A stretch of 64,000 nucleotides of DNA. Origin: Haliotis rufescens (lineage: Eukaryota). The notes under the pieces were generated by a model. That model searched no databases. It was not told the origin of the DNA and was given only the letters and a program-made list of their open reading frames with translations. The position numbers and the translations under genes were made by a program. The first letter of the stretch is position 1, and each line of letters opens with the position of its first letter. This document shows positions 38,601-53,600 of the stretch, piece by piece. The stretch spans positions 12,710,001 to 12,774,000 of the forward strand of contig NW_025963813.1 in the NCBI RefSeq assembly GCF_023055435.1, given 5' to 3'.

Positions 38601-41600
38601 CTCACTGTATCATCAAACATTGATTTATTAATTCTCGTATCTCATCAGTGAGTCACATTCTAAGTCTGGTCATGTGGGGAAGTATTGTTACTGCTGGTAA
38701 AATGGGCACGTACACAGTGATAGACACATACACGAGCCCATAAGTACGAGACTACTGAAAGTTTAAAGGGATAAGGTTTTTTCAACGAAAATCGTTTATT
38801 TTCATGAACACTTGTCCAAAATAAGCTGCAGATTGTTGTTGGATGTGACCCATGGTGTCTACCCTGCAACATTCACAACACTGTTGTCATTCAGAACACC
38901 AGAATTGGCCTCAACATGTTGAAATCACTCGTGAAGATCCGGGTTAGAATAGTTCTTCTGTTATACAGAACACCAGAATTGGCCTCAACATGTTGAAATC
39001 ACTCGTGAAGATCCGGGTTAGAATAGTTCTTCTGTTATACAGAACACCAGAATTGGCCTCAACATGTTGAAATCACTCGTGAAGATCCGGGTTAGAATAG
39101 TTCTTCTGTTATACAGAACACCAGAATTGGCCTCAACATGTTGAAATCACTCGTGAAGATCCGGGTTAGAATAGTTCTTCTGTTATACAGAACACCAGAA
39201 TTGGCCTCAACATGTTGAAATCACTCGTGAAGATCCGGGTTAGAATAGTTCTTCTGTTATACAGAACACCAGAATTGGCCTCAACATGTTGAAATCACTC
39301 GTGAAGATCCGGGTTAGAATAGTTCTTCAGCAATCCATGCGACTAACGGGATCGGGTCGTCAAGCTCGCTGACTTGGTTGACGCATGTCATCGTTTCCCA
39401 AATGCATGGATCGATGCTCATGATGTCAATAAATGGGTCGTCTGGTCCAGACTCGATTATTTACAGACCGCCATCATATAGCTGGAATATTGCCGAGTGC
39501 TGCATTAAACAACAAACAAACAAAAGCATATTGAAATGATGGAGGTCAATGACAAGTTGATATCCCCATCATGGCTGACATGTGAATTTAAGTATGACCC
39601 AGTCCTTCTGCTTCATCAGTGTCACAGGGAGTTGAGTACAAATCAGTTGCAATATTTATGAGTCATTAACCTGTGAAAATAATGGGCCCAGGGTCAGAAA
39701 TATATGGCCAGGAACCTTATGTTGGTCAGAAATTTAGTCGTTTGTTTTGTTGAAGGGTCAATGATCCTGGCTGGACGTCCAAGCAGACAGAATCAATGAA
39801 TTAGAACTTGATTTTGGTCACTATTGCATTGAAAGTTTGTTTATGGCTATGGTTGTCATGGTTACAGGAGGTAAAAGATATAAATATGAAACAACATTGT
39901 CAGAGTCTGTTCCTAATGGATATGATACAAAACTCATTTTCAAAATAAATGTTAAACAAAACTTAAGTCAAAAGAAGATTATTAAACAATAAAGCATGTT
40001 GTTGATCAAACATTGTATTACCAGTACATGTATTTAAGATTACCAGGATTTTATAAACTGCAATTCATGATCGAATGAAATATTGTCAAATTTGAGTTGT
40101 CGGACATATATCAACACATGTGGTACATTTAACTTGTTATGTCTCGTATGGACATATATTGGATGATATTAAACATTAAATACTAAAAATATGCAATTGA
40201 TTTAATTCGTGTTCTAATACCACGACCTAAAAGGGCGGGGATATATAGCTAGCTATACCAAGGAATTCCGTCTGTCAGTCCATCCGTCCATCCAAGGACA
40301 TTTTTGTGTGCGACCTACAGCTTGAAAACTACTAAATAGATTCTTCTTCTTTTTATTTCTATATTTTGATTTTCTGAAAATATAAAGGGTTTTTTTTTCA
40401 GTTTTTTTACTCAGAATTTATTTAATTAGTCATTTTTTAGACCTACTACTTGAAAACTACTGCATGGATTCTTTTTCAAATTTTTGGAACAAATTTCATA
40501 CTAATCAGCTAATATAATGGGTGCAGTGCAAAAATTGATTTTGATATATGTATTTTTTTGATAATATTTTTTTTTATCTTGTGAACTTCAACATTTGTGT
40601 GACCTATAACATGTAACTTGAAAACTGCTAAATGGATTCTTATCAACATAACTTAATAAGACAAAAAGTGAGCAGGGCTGGCTAATACTTTGACATATTT
40701 CTAAGTTCAAAACATGAAAATAGCAATATTTTCTCAGCAAATCCATTTGTTGAAATAAAACTTTGCCTGCAGCTCTCCTATTGGTATAAAAACTGTCCCC
40801 AAAATTGGATAAGAATCCATTTAGCAGTTTTCAAGTTACATGTTATAGGTCACATCAACCAATTCAGCGAGCTTGACCACCCGATCCCGTTAGTCGCCTC
40901 TTACGACACAAGCATAGTCACCTTTTACAGCAAGCATGGGTTGCTGAAGACCTATTCTACATGTTCTACCCCGGATCTTCGCTGGGGGTCGGTGATGTGT
41001 GCAGGCAGCATGGGGGAAGTAAATTAACGTTGTTGACAAGGCTGTTGAGATTATGTATCAGGCTATATCTACACACCTACACAATATGCAGAGGAAGTGT
41101 ACATAGTACACCCTTGTCCAATATCACTTCCTGGTCTCTTTGTCACCATGGTTACTTGTTTTCATAAGCACTGGACGATGAATTGAGGGAGAAGTGACTG
41201 ATTAAAAAAATGATAGATTGATATTGCAAAAAATGTATCTTTGTTTGGTTAATGTGAGCATGTGTATTGTTTTCAAGGATTATCATGTCAATATGCAACT
41301 GTATTTTTATATTTCAGGGCTTGAAATTGGAAAAAAAATCAGGTGTTCCCCTGGGCAAGGGACCTGTATTTAAAGTTCACATTTTGCATTTAGGTGTGTC
41401 GTGTCTATATTACCCAATAATTACAGCAAAAGGCAGCTTATCCATGAGATCCAATGTTTAATGACATTAATGTTATGTGGTATAGTATAGTATAGTATAG
41501 TATAGAGAGGTCTTCACATGTGTAATATGCTTACTTATATAGGTCTTCTAGGTTTTTCACATCAGTCAGCAAGACATAACCATTTCCATTTGAGATGCAA

Positions 41601-44600
41601 GACCTTCTTGATATTACATCAAAATACAGAAAGACGACATTACATTCAAACACAAAGCAAACATTATATTCGGGATATTCTGTCAAAATACAGAAAGACG
41701 ACATTACATTCAAACACAAAGCAAAGATTATATTCGGGATATTCTGTCAAAATACAGAAAGACGACATTACATTCAAACCCAAAGCAAACATTATATTCG
41801 GGATAGTCTGTCAAAATACAGAAAGATGACATTACATTCAAACACAAAGCAAACATTATATTCGGGATATTCTGTCAAAAAACAGAAAGACGACATTACA
41901 TTCAAACACAAAGCAAACATTATATTCGGGATATTCCGTCAAAATACAGAAAGACGACATTACATTCAAACACAAAGCAAACATTATATTCGGGATATTC
42001 TGTCAAAATACAGAAAGGAGCAAATTTATTCAAATGTAAGATCCAGTTGATGGAAATCACTGATTATGCAGATTGATTTTATCACAGGAAGTTGTTTAGC
42101 GATAGTGGAACATGCGACTAATTTGCAAAACTCTTTCATTTCTCACTTTGATTTTGTCAAGACGTAAAGTAAACATTAACGTAAGTACTTTTAATGAAAA
42201 TGACCATGTCCACGAGGCACTGTACATAAAAGTTTTATGTACCATTTCCTATTTTATGTGTGCACTTGTAATTTTGAGCCCTGTAATTACAAGTATTTCT
42301 TTAGGAGTGAGCAGTAATTTCTTGGATAAAGTCATGTGTAGACAGAAGATATATATACAACCATATTCAATTGATTGGGTTTAGAGTTTCGGCTATGGTA
42401 TTGTTGTGTATTATGAAATGCATCGTGTTGTGGGACAGATATGGTGCATATCATGTTTGTGTTGAGTCCCTTATCCCAGGCCTATTGATTGTGGAGTCGT
42501 TGGTTCTGATGTTGGTCAGCAATGTTCCAGCAATGTGACTGCAGTCTGTAAATAATCGAGTCTGGAGCAGACAATCCAGTGATTAACTTCATGAGCATCA
42601 ATCTCTGCAATTTGGATACGATGACATGCATCAACCAAGTCAACAAGCCTGACCACCTGATCCTGTTAGTCTTCTCTTAAGACAAGTATAGTTGCTTTTT
42701 ACGGCAAGCATGGGTTGCTGAAGACCCATTCTACCGCGGATCTTCATGGGTCGTTGATTCTAATGATTCCTCAACACAGATAACATATTTATCTATATGT
42801 GCTCAGAGGCCAATAGACAGCCCCAAGTCAGCATCAAATGTCAGTCAAAATTCCTAAATTGGAATTAAGCCATTCCCAGTACATGCTGTTATCAGTTATA
42901 GTTGTTATAATATTAAAATTCAATGTTAAAATGTATGTGAATTTAAGAAAATAAATACTTTATACATATCTGAATCTTGAAAAAAATAATTATTTCTTTT
43001 CCCAATGTACCTGCTAGGGTCAGTTAGTGTTAAGTCCTGGGGACTCCCAGTAATACATTTTGAGGGTTCCAGGTTTTAAGCTGGGGACCTCTATTTTACC
43101 TATGGAATCTGGAAAAGGTTAAGATACGAACTGCCGCCATGCACTTATACTGTTCAAGATTTGAGGAACACTCAGTCACTCTATTATCCCGTAGCGGCAG
43201 CAAACTGACAACAATGAAACCCTGTTCGTACAAAAGTTTTGACATTTCTTGTTTAACAGAGTTTCATTGAATATATGATTTGGAAGTTATTTGCCCAGAC
43301 AATCTTCCTTCTCAATATTCTAACAAAAGGAGTGGTCGTTTATTGTGACACGCAGGTTACAATATATGAATAAGGTCCACGGTCCAAATTCTAAGAGTGG
43401 CGCTACGACCTCATGGCTGACAAGCCCTGTCTGCAGAAGCAAACTTCTGACAAAAATGTTGTCATCATGCAGACGAGTGGTGCTGACTTTTCACAACTGT
43501 CTCTGTACATCAACATCAAACAGTAAAAACCCCTGGCTGGTATATTTTCAAGAAATTGAGAACATTTTAATCAGTGAGGATGACAACTTATTGGCATTTT
43601 ATGTTTACGAGATGCACGTGTGAGAAATGGCCTTGAAACACTGTGATGTGATCCCTCTTCAAATGAAGTGGACCTTGTGTAGCTATGTGTTGATGTGTCC
43701 AAGGTGGAGCTAGTGTAATATTGTAGTGGCTGTGAAGATGTGTTGTAGGTGGAGCTAGTGTAATATTGTAGTGGCTGTGTTGATGTGTCCAAGGTGGAGC
43801 TAGTGTAATATTGTAGTGGCTGTGTTGATGTGTCCAGGGTGGAGCTAGTGTAATATTGTAGTGGCTGTGATGATGTGTTGTAGGTGGAGCTAGTGTAATA
43901 TTGTAGTGGTTGTGTTGATGTGTTGTAGGTGGAGCTAGTGTAATATTGTAGTGGCTGTGATGATGTGTTGTAGGTGGAGCTAGTGTAATATTGTAGTGGC
44001 TGTGTTGCTGTGTTGTAGGTGGACCTAGTGTTATACTGCAGTGGCTGTGTTGATGTGTTGTAGGTGGAGCTAGTGTAATATTGTAGTGGCTGTGTTGCTG
44101 TGTTGTAGGTGGAGCTAGTGTAATATTGTAGTGGCTGTGATGATGTGTTGTAGGTGGAGCTAGTGTAATATTGTAGTGGCTGTGTTGCTGTGTTGTAGGT
44201 GGAGCTAGTGTAATATTGTAGTGGCTGTGTTGATGTGTTGTAGGTGGAGCTAGTGTAATATTGTAGTGGCTGTGTTGATGTGTTGTAGGTGGAGCTAGTG
44301 TAATATTGTAGTGGCTGTGTTGCTGTGTTGTAGGTGGAGCTAGTGTAATATTGTAGTGGCTGTGATGATGTGTTGTAGGTGGAGCTAGTGTAATATTGTA
44401 GTGGCTGTGTTGCTGTGTTGTAGGTGGAGCTAGTGTAATATTGTAGTGGCTGTGTTGCTGTGTTGTAGGTGGAGCTAGTGTAATATTGTAGTGGCTGTGT
44501 TGATGTGTTGTAGGTGGAGCTAGTGTTATATTGTAGTGGCTGTGTTGCTGTGTTGTAGGTGGAGCTAGTGTAATATTGTAGTGGCTGTGTTGATGTGTTG

Positions 44601-47600
44601 TAGGTGGACCTAGTGTTATACTGCAGTGGCTGTGTTGATGTGTTGTAGGTGGAGCTAGTGTAATATTGTAGTGGCTGTGTTGCTGTGTTGTAGGTGGAGC
44701 TAGTGTAATATTGTAGTGGCTGTGTTGATGTGTTGTAGGTGGAGCTAGTGTAATATTGTAGTGGCTGTGTTGATGTGTTGTAGGTGGAGCTAGTGTAATA
44801 TTGTAGTGGCTGTGTTGCTGTGTTGTAGGTGGAGCTAGTGTAATATTGTAGTGGCTGTGTTGATGTGTTGTAGGTGGAGCTAGTGTAATATTGTAGTGGC
44901 TGTGTTGATGTGTTGTAGGTGGAGCTAGTGTAATATTGTAGTGGCTGTGTTGCTGTGTTGTAGGTGGAGCTAGTGTAATATTGTAGTGGCTGTGTTGCTG
45001 TGTTGTAGGTGGAGCTAGTGTAATATTGTAGTGGCTGTGTTGATGTGTTGTAGGTGGAGCTAGTGTAATATTGTAGTGGCTGTGTTGGTGTGTTGTAGGT
45101 GGAGCTAGTGTAATATTGTAGTGGCTGTGTTGATGTGTTGTAGGTGGAGCTAGTGTAATATTGTAGTGGCTGTGATGATGTGTTGTAGGTGGACCTAGTG
45201 TAATATTGTAGTGGCTGTGATGATGTGTTGTAGGTGGAGCTAGTGTAATATTGTAGTGGCTGTGTTGATGTGTTGTAGGTGGAGCTAGTGTAATATTGTA
45301 GTGGCTGTGTTGATGTGTTGTAGGTGGAGCTAGTGTAATATTGTAGTGGCTGTGATGATGTGTTGTAGGTGGAGCTAGTGTAATATTGTAGTGGCTGTGA
45401 TGATGTGTCCAAGGTGGAGCTAGTGTAATATTGTAGTGGCTGTGTTGATGTGTTGTAGGTGGAGCTAGTGTAATATTGTAGTGGCTGTGTTGATGTGTCC
45501 AAGGTGGAGCTAGTGTAGTATTGTAGTGGCTGTGTTGATGTGTCCAGGGTGGAGCTAGTGTAATATTGTAGTGGCTGTGATGATGTGTTGTAGGTGGAGC
45601 TAGTGTAATATTGTAGTGGCTGTGTTGCTGTGTTGTAGGTGGTTCCTTCAACCGGACTGTGTCCAGGGTGGACCTTGTGTAATATTGTAGTGGCTGTGTT
45701 GATGTGTTGTAGGTGGAGCTAGTGTAATATTGTAGTGGCTGTGATGATGTGTTGTAGGTGGAGCTAGTGTAATATTGTAGTGGCTGTGATGATGTGTTGT
45801 AGGTGGAGCTAGTGTAATATTGTAGTGGCTGTGTTGATGTGTCCAAGGTGGAGCTAGTGTAGTATTGTAGTGGCTGTGTTGATGTGTCCAGGGTGGAGCT
45901 AGTGTAATATTGTAGTGGCTGTGATGATGTGTTGTAGGTGGAGCTAGTGTAATATTGTAGTGGCTGTGTTGATGTGTTGTAGGTGGTTCCTTCAACCGGA
46001 CTGTGTCCAGGGTGGACCTTGTGTAATATTGTAGTGGCTGTGTTGATGTGTTGTAGGTGGTTGCCTTCAACCGGACTGTGTCCAAAGTGGAGGACTTCTT
46101 GGCAAAGGAAGCCAAGGGCACGAAGGTGATCGGCGCCAAGTCACTGGAGGAGATGGTGAAGTTGCTGAAGAAGCCACGGCGGGTTATGATGCTGGTCAAG
46201 GCTGGACAGGCAGTCGACGCCTTCATCGACAAACTGGTCAGATTTCAGGATAGCTTTCTACATTATTAAAACACACCCCTTTTGTTAGCAACATATAAAG
46301 ACAGATCATAATTACATCACATTCCTGGCACCAGAGTGAGTGAGTGAGTGAGTTATGTGTTTCCCTTCATTGTGTTTCAGTCGTGTCATTTCATTTTACG
46401 ACTGTTGTTAGCAATGCAGAACACTTCAAATGCTTTATACATACATGGAACCACCTCCGTGGTCTTGTGGTAGAGCGTCCGCCCGGAGAGCAGAAGGTCC
46501 GGGGTTCGATCCCCGGCCGCGTCATACCAAAAGACGTTAAAAGACGGTACTTGTTGTTATCCTGTCTGGCGCTCGGCATTAAGGGGCTAAAACAAGGACT
46601 GGTTAGCTCGGAGTCAGTATACTGTGTCTGAGTGGGGTATTCATGTTAAACTGCGGCATGGTATCTCGGTGAGCTAGCACTATAAATCGGCATCAGTCCA
46701 TACTAGTACAAGCAGCCACACAAACACACACACGTACATGCACGTCGCTATATAAGTGCAATAATCTTGGACGCGACGTTAAACCCAATTTCACCTCACC
46801 TTATACATACATAGAACACCATGGCATCCTCTTGGTTTTAGTCAAATATTTTGAAGATTTGACTTGGTAAATATTCTGTACTTGCCATTATAAGCACACA
46901 AGACATTTGATAACCTAAAATTGTTTTCAGAGATCGGAAGTAGTGCAGAAACTTAGTTCAAATGTTAATCAAATGTTAATGAAAATGAAACTTTTTCATA
47001 ATAGTTACTGGGCGATAGCATACTCCTTCAGCACTAATATTCACAAAACAATATGGACTGTGATGTAAACTTTCTTAGTAGGACATACTTATTAATATTA
47101 CTTACAGATTGCTTTAGGAGTTGGTCAGGGGTCTCTTATTGGAGAGGGGTTCTTAATACGGCAAATACTGCATGTCATACAAAAAGTTGAGATTGTGATT
47201 GTAACCTCCCTAAAGTAAGCATGGACAGTTACATTTCAGCGTGAAAAGGCAAACATCTTTAAAGAGCAACCTTCCGATGAAGATGTGTCACACCACATTT
47301 AAATCAGTCTTCATACTTGACGATGTGGATGGGTGGTCAAGCTGTTGCATATGGTTAATTGTCCCTGACCAGATAGAAATCAGCAGGAGCCCTCATTAAT
47401 GTCAACCATTATCACTGAAGTTTATCTTTCCATTTCTAAGTGAAGCTATGTGATCAGTGTAGTATACATGGCATAGGAGTCATTTGTCATTCATTGCCCA
47501 AATCATGCTGCTTGAATCTTTCCATTAGTGGAATGGAGACTGAGGAAACAAGCCATGCAGTGCTTTTGTTCATGGCCCAATGGAGATTATTACCTTAATG

Positions 47601-50600
47601 GCAGGCTAAGATATCAGTGGATGCCATCGATACCACACCTGAGTTTCACTTATATAGTCTGATAGACATGATATTTGCTGTATTCGCTGTAATAATCACC
47701 TTGTTCCATTTTGGCTCCCCTAACCAAATTCCAGACCAGGGCCCACTTGCACAAAGTGATCTTAGCGCTAAGATGATCGTAACTCCCATACTTTAACATA
47801 GGCTTACAATAGTCTTTGTGCTAAGATCGCTTTGTGCACGTGGGCCGAGTCTGTTAGTCATCATTGTAAGTGCAACCAATAAGAACAAATATTTACCGTC
47901 CATTTAAAAACTATATTAAAAAAATGTTAACAAATTTACCGTCCATATTGTATTGGTTTGTTTTTTTACAGAAAACGGAAGAGGTATATAATTGCATTGT
48001 AACTATTGGTGAAACATTCTGTTTGTTCACTACCGCAAAGTATCTAAAGACATTTCTAAGTGCATGGAGCTAATTACAGTGAATACAGTAAATGAAAGCA
48101 CTCCTTGTACGATCAACATGATCAGCAGCATTTTGGTTTTTTTTCAAAATCAACTTTGCTTGATGAAATGTGATATCCACTGAGAATGACTCTAACTAAT
48201 ATCAAAGTTACTCTTACAAATAGCTTCTCTAGTAACCAAGTGAATCCTTGGGGGTGTGGGTAACCTAGTCATCTAAGTAAGGTGCCGAAATTCACAGTGC
48301 GGAGTTGTGGCCCTTAGGCACACCAGATTCCTATGATTGTGGGTTCGAATCCTGGATTGCCCCGATTATGTTTCTAGGTTTGTCAGCACCATGGTAACGC
48401 TGTTTTCTTCATTGTTTTTAAGAGGGGGCACGGTCGGCCCAGTCGTCTAAGGCGCCGCGATTCGCTGTGCAGAGTTGTCCCTTGGGCACGCCAAAAACCT
48501 ATGATTGTGGGTTCGAATCCCGGTTCGCCCCAATTATGTTTCTAGGTTTGTCAGCACCATACCCATGCTCGTGGGTTTCACCGAAGTGGTAAACGTCTGA
48601 GACCTGCATCACTTCAGGTTTCCTCCCACATCAAGCTGACACACCGCGATATAACTGGAATACTGTTAAAAGCGGTGTTTAACCCAACTCACTCACTCAC
48701 TCACTCATTGTTCTTAATACAAGATACAAGTGCATAATGTATCCAATATGTGTTTTTCGTGAAATTTCCTGTATCCATTATGTGTTTTTCGTGAAATTTC
48801 CTGTTGGTAGAGACAATTATAACAATAGTCATGTGGTATGCGACACACTGTTTATAATTGCAAATATCAGACGGTTGTTATCATGTGTTGAATGTAATCA
48901 GTTTCATATTCATATTGAAGTGGACATATTAACTTGTCAAGTATAGTGACACACTGAGAGACTGAAGTCACACTTCAGTAATTTTTGGTACAATGTGTTA
49001 AGCCCATTTCTGGTGTTCCCCGCTGGATATAGCTGAACTATTGCTAAAAGCAGCAAAAAACCATACTCACTCACTACTAAAACTGAAAGTTAAATCTTCA
49101 GAAGACTGTGGATTATATAAAAACAAGGAAAGAAAAAAATCAATATCGGTTGGCCCTTCAATATTGAACAAAAAATAATTATAACTTGGGACAGATATAT
49201 CATTATGAGTTGACATGTATCAAAAGTGGTCGTGTGGTATACAACAAGCCAATTAAAAATCCAAATCAGGCTAGTGAGAGTGTTATGACTCATAACACCA
49301 AGATACTGTGGAATGGTTCCATAAACAGAATAGAGTGAACCTTACCAATGTTATTATCCCCTGCCACGTCATTCCATGGTGTATACCATGTTGTTCCATG
49401 CCATATACCATGTTATTCCAAGCTGTATCTTGTGTTATTCCAAGCCGTATACCACTTGATTCCAAGCTGTAGACCATGTTATTCCAAGCTGTAGACCATG
49501 TTATTCCAAGCCGTATACCACTTGATTCCAAGCTGCAGACCATGTTATTCCCTGCTGTAGATCATGTTATTCCAAGCCGAAGACCATGTTATTCCAAACT
49601 GTATAGCATGTTATTCCTAGCTGTATAGCATGTTATTCCAAGCTGTAGGCCATGTTTTTCCAAGCTGTAGACCATGTTATTCCCAGCTGTAAACCATGTT
49701 ATTCCAAGCTGTAGGCCATGTTATTCCAAGCTGTATAGCATGTTATTCCAAACTGTAGGCCATGTTATTCCAAGCTGTATAGCATGTTATTCCAAGCTGT
49801 AGACCTTGTTATTCCAAGCTGAATACCATGTTATTCCAAGCTGAAGACCATGTTATTCCAAGCTGTAGACCATGTTATTCCAAGCTGAATACCATGTTAT
49901 TCCCAGCTGAAGACCATGTTATTCCAAGCTGTAGACCTTGTTATTCCAAGCTGAATACCATGTTATTCCCAGCTGTGGACCATGTTATTCCCAGCTGTGG
50001 ACCATGTTATTCCAAGCTGTAGACCATGTTATTCCAAGCTGTATACCACTTTCTCTGTGTTGTCAGGTTCCTCTGTTGGAGAAAGGGGACATAATCATTG
50101 ATGGTGGCAACTCCGAATACCGAGACTCCAATGTAAGTAAACACTTGAATGTCCTGCCATCTAGATAGACGAAAACTGCCATAGTTTTCCCATCATGAGT
50201 TCCAGCAACACTCGATGCATCAGCACCAAGTCTGCAACAAATGTCAATAAGTAACAAATGGGAAGAAAACAAATTTAATGTCATATACTGAATGTGATAC
50301 TCCGTTAATGTCACTTGTATTGCACTGATAACAGGAGGAAGAGGAAAAGGTTCACGTTTACATTATCGCATTGAATGCAATATTAAAATACAGGTATCTC
50401 TAAATTAAGAAAATAAGTTTAGAAAATACCAATTTTGATCTTAATGACAATTTTTCCCAGTTTGCCTGCCAAGGGCACTTAGTTTGGAATCCTATATACT
50501 CCCTGTGTAAAGCCTATCTATAGCTGACTTGTAATGATATGCACGAACTCCTTTCTGCTGTGCTGGATATTTATTCAGGTAGAGACATTCATAATGATTT

Positions 50601-53600
50601 GATATTGTCAAGCTCTTCAATTTCTCATTACAGAGGAGAGCCAAATCCCTGGAAGAAAAGGGGCTACTTTTTGTTGGCAGTGGTGTTAGCGGTGGTGAAG
50701 ATGGTGCACGCTACGGCCCATCCCTCATGCCGGGAGGGTCGCCAGCAGCGTGGTGTGTGAATGTCTCCTTTCTACCATTAAGTTTACCTCACAGCAATTT
50801 TTTAATTTAGAAGTTACATCTTGTGTGCTTTGAATGTAGATCTTGATTACCTAGAGATTTAACTGTGCTAAATTGAATTTGGTACTGAATGTGCGAAATT
50901 TAAAGTTCTCTTCAAAGCTTGAAATTTATTCTCTTTGACGATTTGCCAAACATACTTTAAATATTGTAGAAACGGCAACTCTGCATTTTGTAATGTATAA
51001 TTTAGTCTACAATTATTTAAAAATGCCCCTCCATGATGACTGAGAAAGAAGAACTTTTCTTTATGAATATTAGCTTCTGCAGTGATGTTATCATATCGTC
51101 CAGTTAGAGGTGGTTATTATGATTTGATACCCCCAATTAACCAATCAGATTCATAAGAGGCGACTAACGGGATCGGGTGGTCAGGCTCACTGATTTTGTT
51201 GATGAATTTCACCGTATCCTAATTGCATGGATCAATGTTTCAGATGTCAATCACTGGATTGTCTCATCTAGACTCGATTATTTACAGACCGCCATCATAT
51301 CGCTGGAATATTGCCAAGTGCAGCGTTAAACAACAAACAAATAAACAAACATGGTAGAATCACTTCTGAAAAATATGTAGTACCATCATTGAGACAGAAA
51401 ATGATCTTCTCACTGAATCCTTTGACCTGTGTTTGCAGGCCGCACATCAAGGATATCTTCCAGGGTATATCAGCCAAGGTCGGCAAGGAGCCATGTTGTG
51501 ACTGGGTAGGTGAAACACAGATGGAACCATGCCTTGATCCAGAGACATCACTTCACCTTAAACTGTCATTTAATATACCAAACATACAGTATTCAACGTA
51601 ATAAGCACCCAGGGCGCTCTCAAAAATAGAAAAAGGGGCCTCTTATTAGAATATAGTTTTGGTAAGAAAAAAAGACAGAGTTGAAAGATTGTTAATATTG
51701 TGGTTTATGCGGACCGTCTAATATGATACAAAAGAAAAGTCTGTGCGTATTGTACACAACAGATATATTTTCCAGAATTTAAATGCCCATAATTAATGGT
51801 GCATTTAAGACACGAGTGCGTACTATGCACAAATAAATAAGTCTTGTGTACACTGATCAATTGGAAGGGGTGCTAATTGGGATGTTACACTGGCCAATAT
51901 ATTTATAGCAAATATCGTTGTGGGCGCTTATTAGAGTGGGGCGCTTATTACGTCGAATATAGTATGCAGTTGTACTTTAATTGATCATCAATAGGCAAGC
52001 ATTTCATTTTCACTTGTGAGATAGGATTGCCAAAAGGCAAGCTTGTTAATTTATGAATGTTTTATTAAAATTTAATTAATTTATAATGTTAAAAAGAATC
52101 AGTTCATTTCATAAAATGTGTTTTGGTGTGTTCAGATTTCCAACCTTTGAAGAACTTTGAAATTACAGCTTTGGCAGAAACAATGTCCTGTTTCTCTTCT
52201 GCCTCATTTCAGTCTTGGAAACAAGTTTGTATTGATGATGTATTGGTCCCAACTCCAGGACCCACTTGCAAAAAGCGTTCTTAGTGCTACAACTATTGTA
52301 AGCCTGTGTTAAAGTATGGTAGTTATGATCATCTTAGCGCTAAGATTCCTTTGTGCAAGTGGGCCCAGGAGTATTCGGGGCGTATGTCTTGTTTGTTTGT
52401 GGTGTTGATTTGTGTCTTCTCCGGTGTGCAGGTGGGCCCTGATGGAGCTGGTCACTTCGTGAAGATGGTGCACAACGGGATTGAGTACGGCGACATGCAG
52501 CTCATCTGTGAGGCCTACCACCTCATGAAGTCTGCTCTCGGCCTGTCACACCCGGAAATGGCAGATGTATGTAGTGTTTGACTTTCTTTCATTCAAATAA
52601 GGATGGACAGAAGATGCATATAACTGAAATAGGATTAGGCTTAAAAAAATAAAAGAATTGGTTCTGAGGCAATGACTTTTGAGAATATAGTGCATTTGGA
52701 CGGTGATTTAAAAAAAAAAAAAATTAAGTTTTTCAAACTTGTATGTAACCAAATAAACATTGTGTACCATCAACCTGGGAAAGAACCTCACTACATACAC
52801 AAGCATACAAATCCCAATTCCCAGCATGACCATAACGTGAGATGCATAGTCAAGCAGTGCGCATGTAAAGGGAAGTAACTGAGTACTATATTGGCTCTCA
52901 TTGATTTAAGATGTTACGATTTTTTTGTGTCTGTGAAAATGGAAATAAAAATGTGCGGCAGACTTTATGATGATGAGGGCGGTGCCTGAGAACCAAGATT
53001 TATTGTTTTTAGCCTTAGTTTAGTATTAGGACAGACTTCATTATTCTCTACTTCGGTTTTAAAGTTGACGATGATCAGAATTCTGCATGTAATGGATCAG
53101 TGGTCAGTGGTCCTGCTTTGTGAGGATAAGATTGATGATGGTTTGAGCTCAACACTTCCACCATATTCCAGCTATATACTGGTAGCTTATAAATAGCTAC
53201 GTCTTGAAAAAATAACCAGATAAATCCAGTGATTGAAAAGAGCAACACTGTATTTTATTGGTATTAATTTTCCACCTTTTTATTTTNNNNNNNNNNNNNN
53301 NNNNNNNNNNNNNNNNNNNNNNNNNNNNNNNNNNNNNNNNNNNNNNNNNNNNNNNNNNNNNNNNNNNNNNNNNNNNNNNNNNNNNNNNNNNNNNNNNNNN
53401 NNNNNNNNNNNNNNNNNNNNTCTCCCTCTGCCTCTCTCCCTCTCTCTGCCTCTCTCTCTCTCTCTGCCTCTCACTCTCTGCCTCTCACTCTCTGCCTCTC
53501 TCCCTCTGCCTCTCTGCCTCTCTCTGCCTCTCTCTCTCTCTATGCCTCTCACTCTCTGCCTCTCACTCTCTGCCTCTCTCCCTCTGCCTCTCTCTCTCTC

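Noticed and set aside
36385-42017. Regular repeats resembling CRISPR arrays
   Set aside because: Head-to-tail units without unique spacers, in a eukaryotic intron, with no cas genes.
43571-45846. 643-aa and 752-aa minus-strand ORFs (YYTSSTYNT / [13 protein letters not shown] repeats)
   Set aside because: By-products of a stop-free 45-bp repeat, which is explained by duplication of the plus-strand exon-3 junction; both frames are open and there is no codon-level signature.
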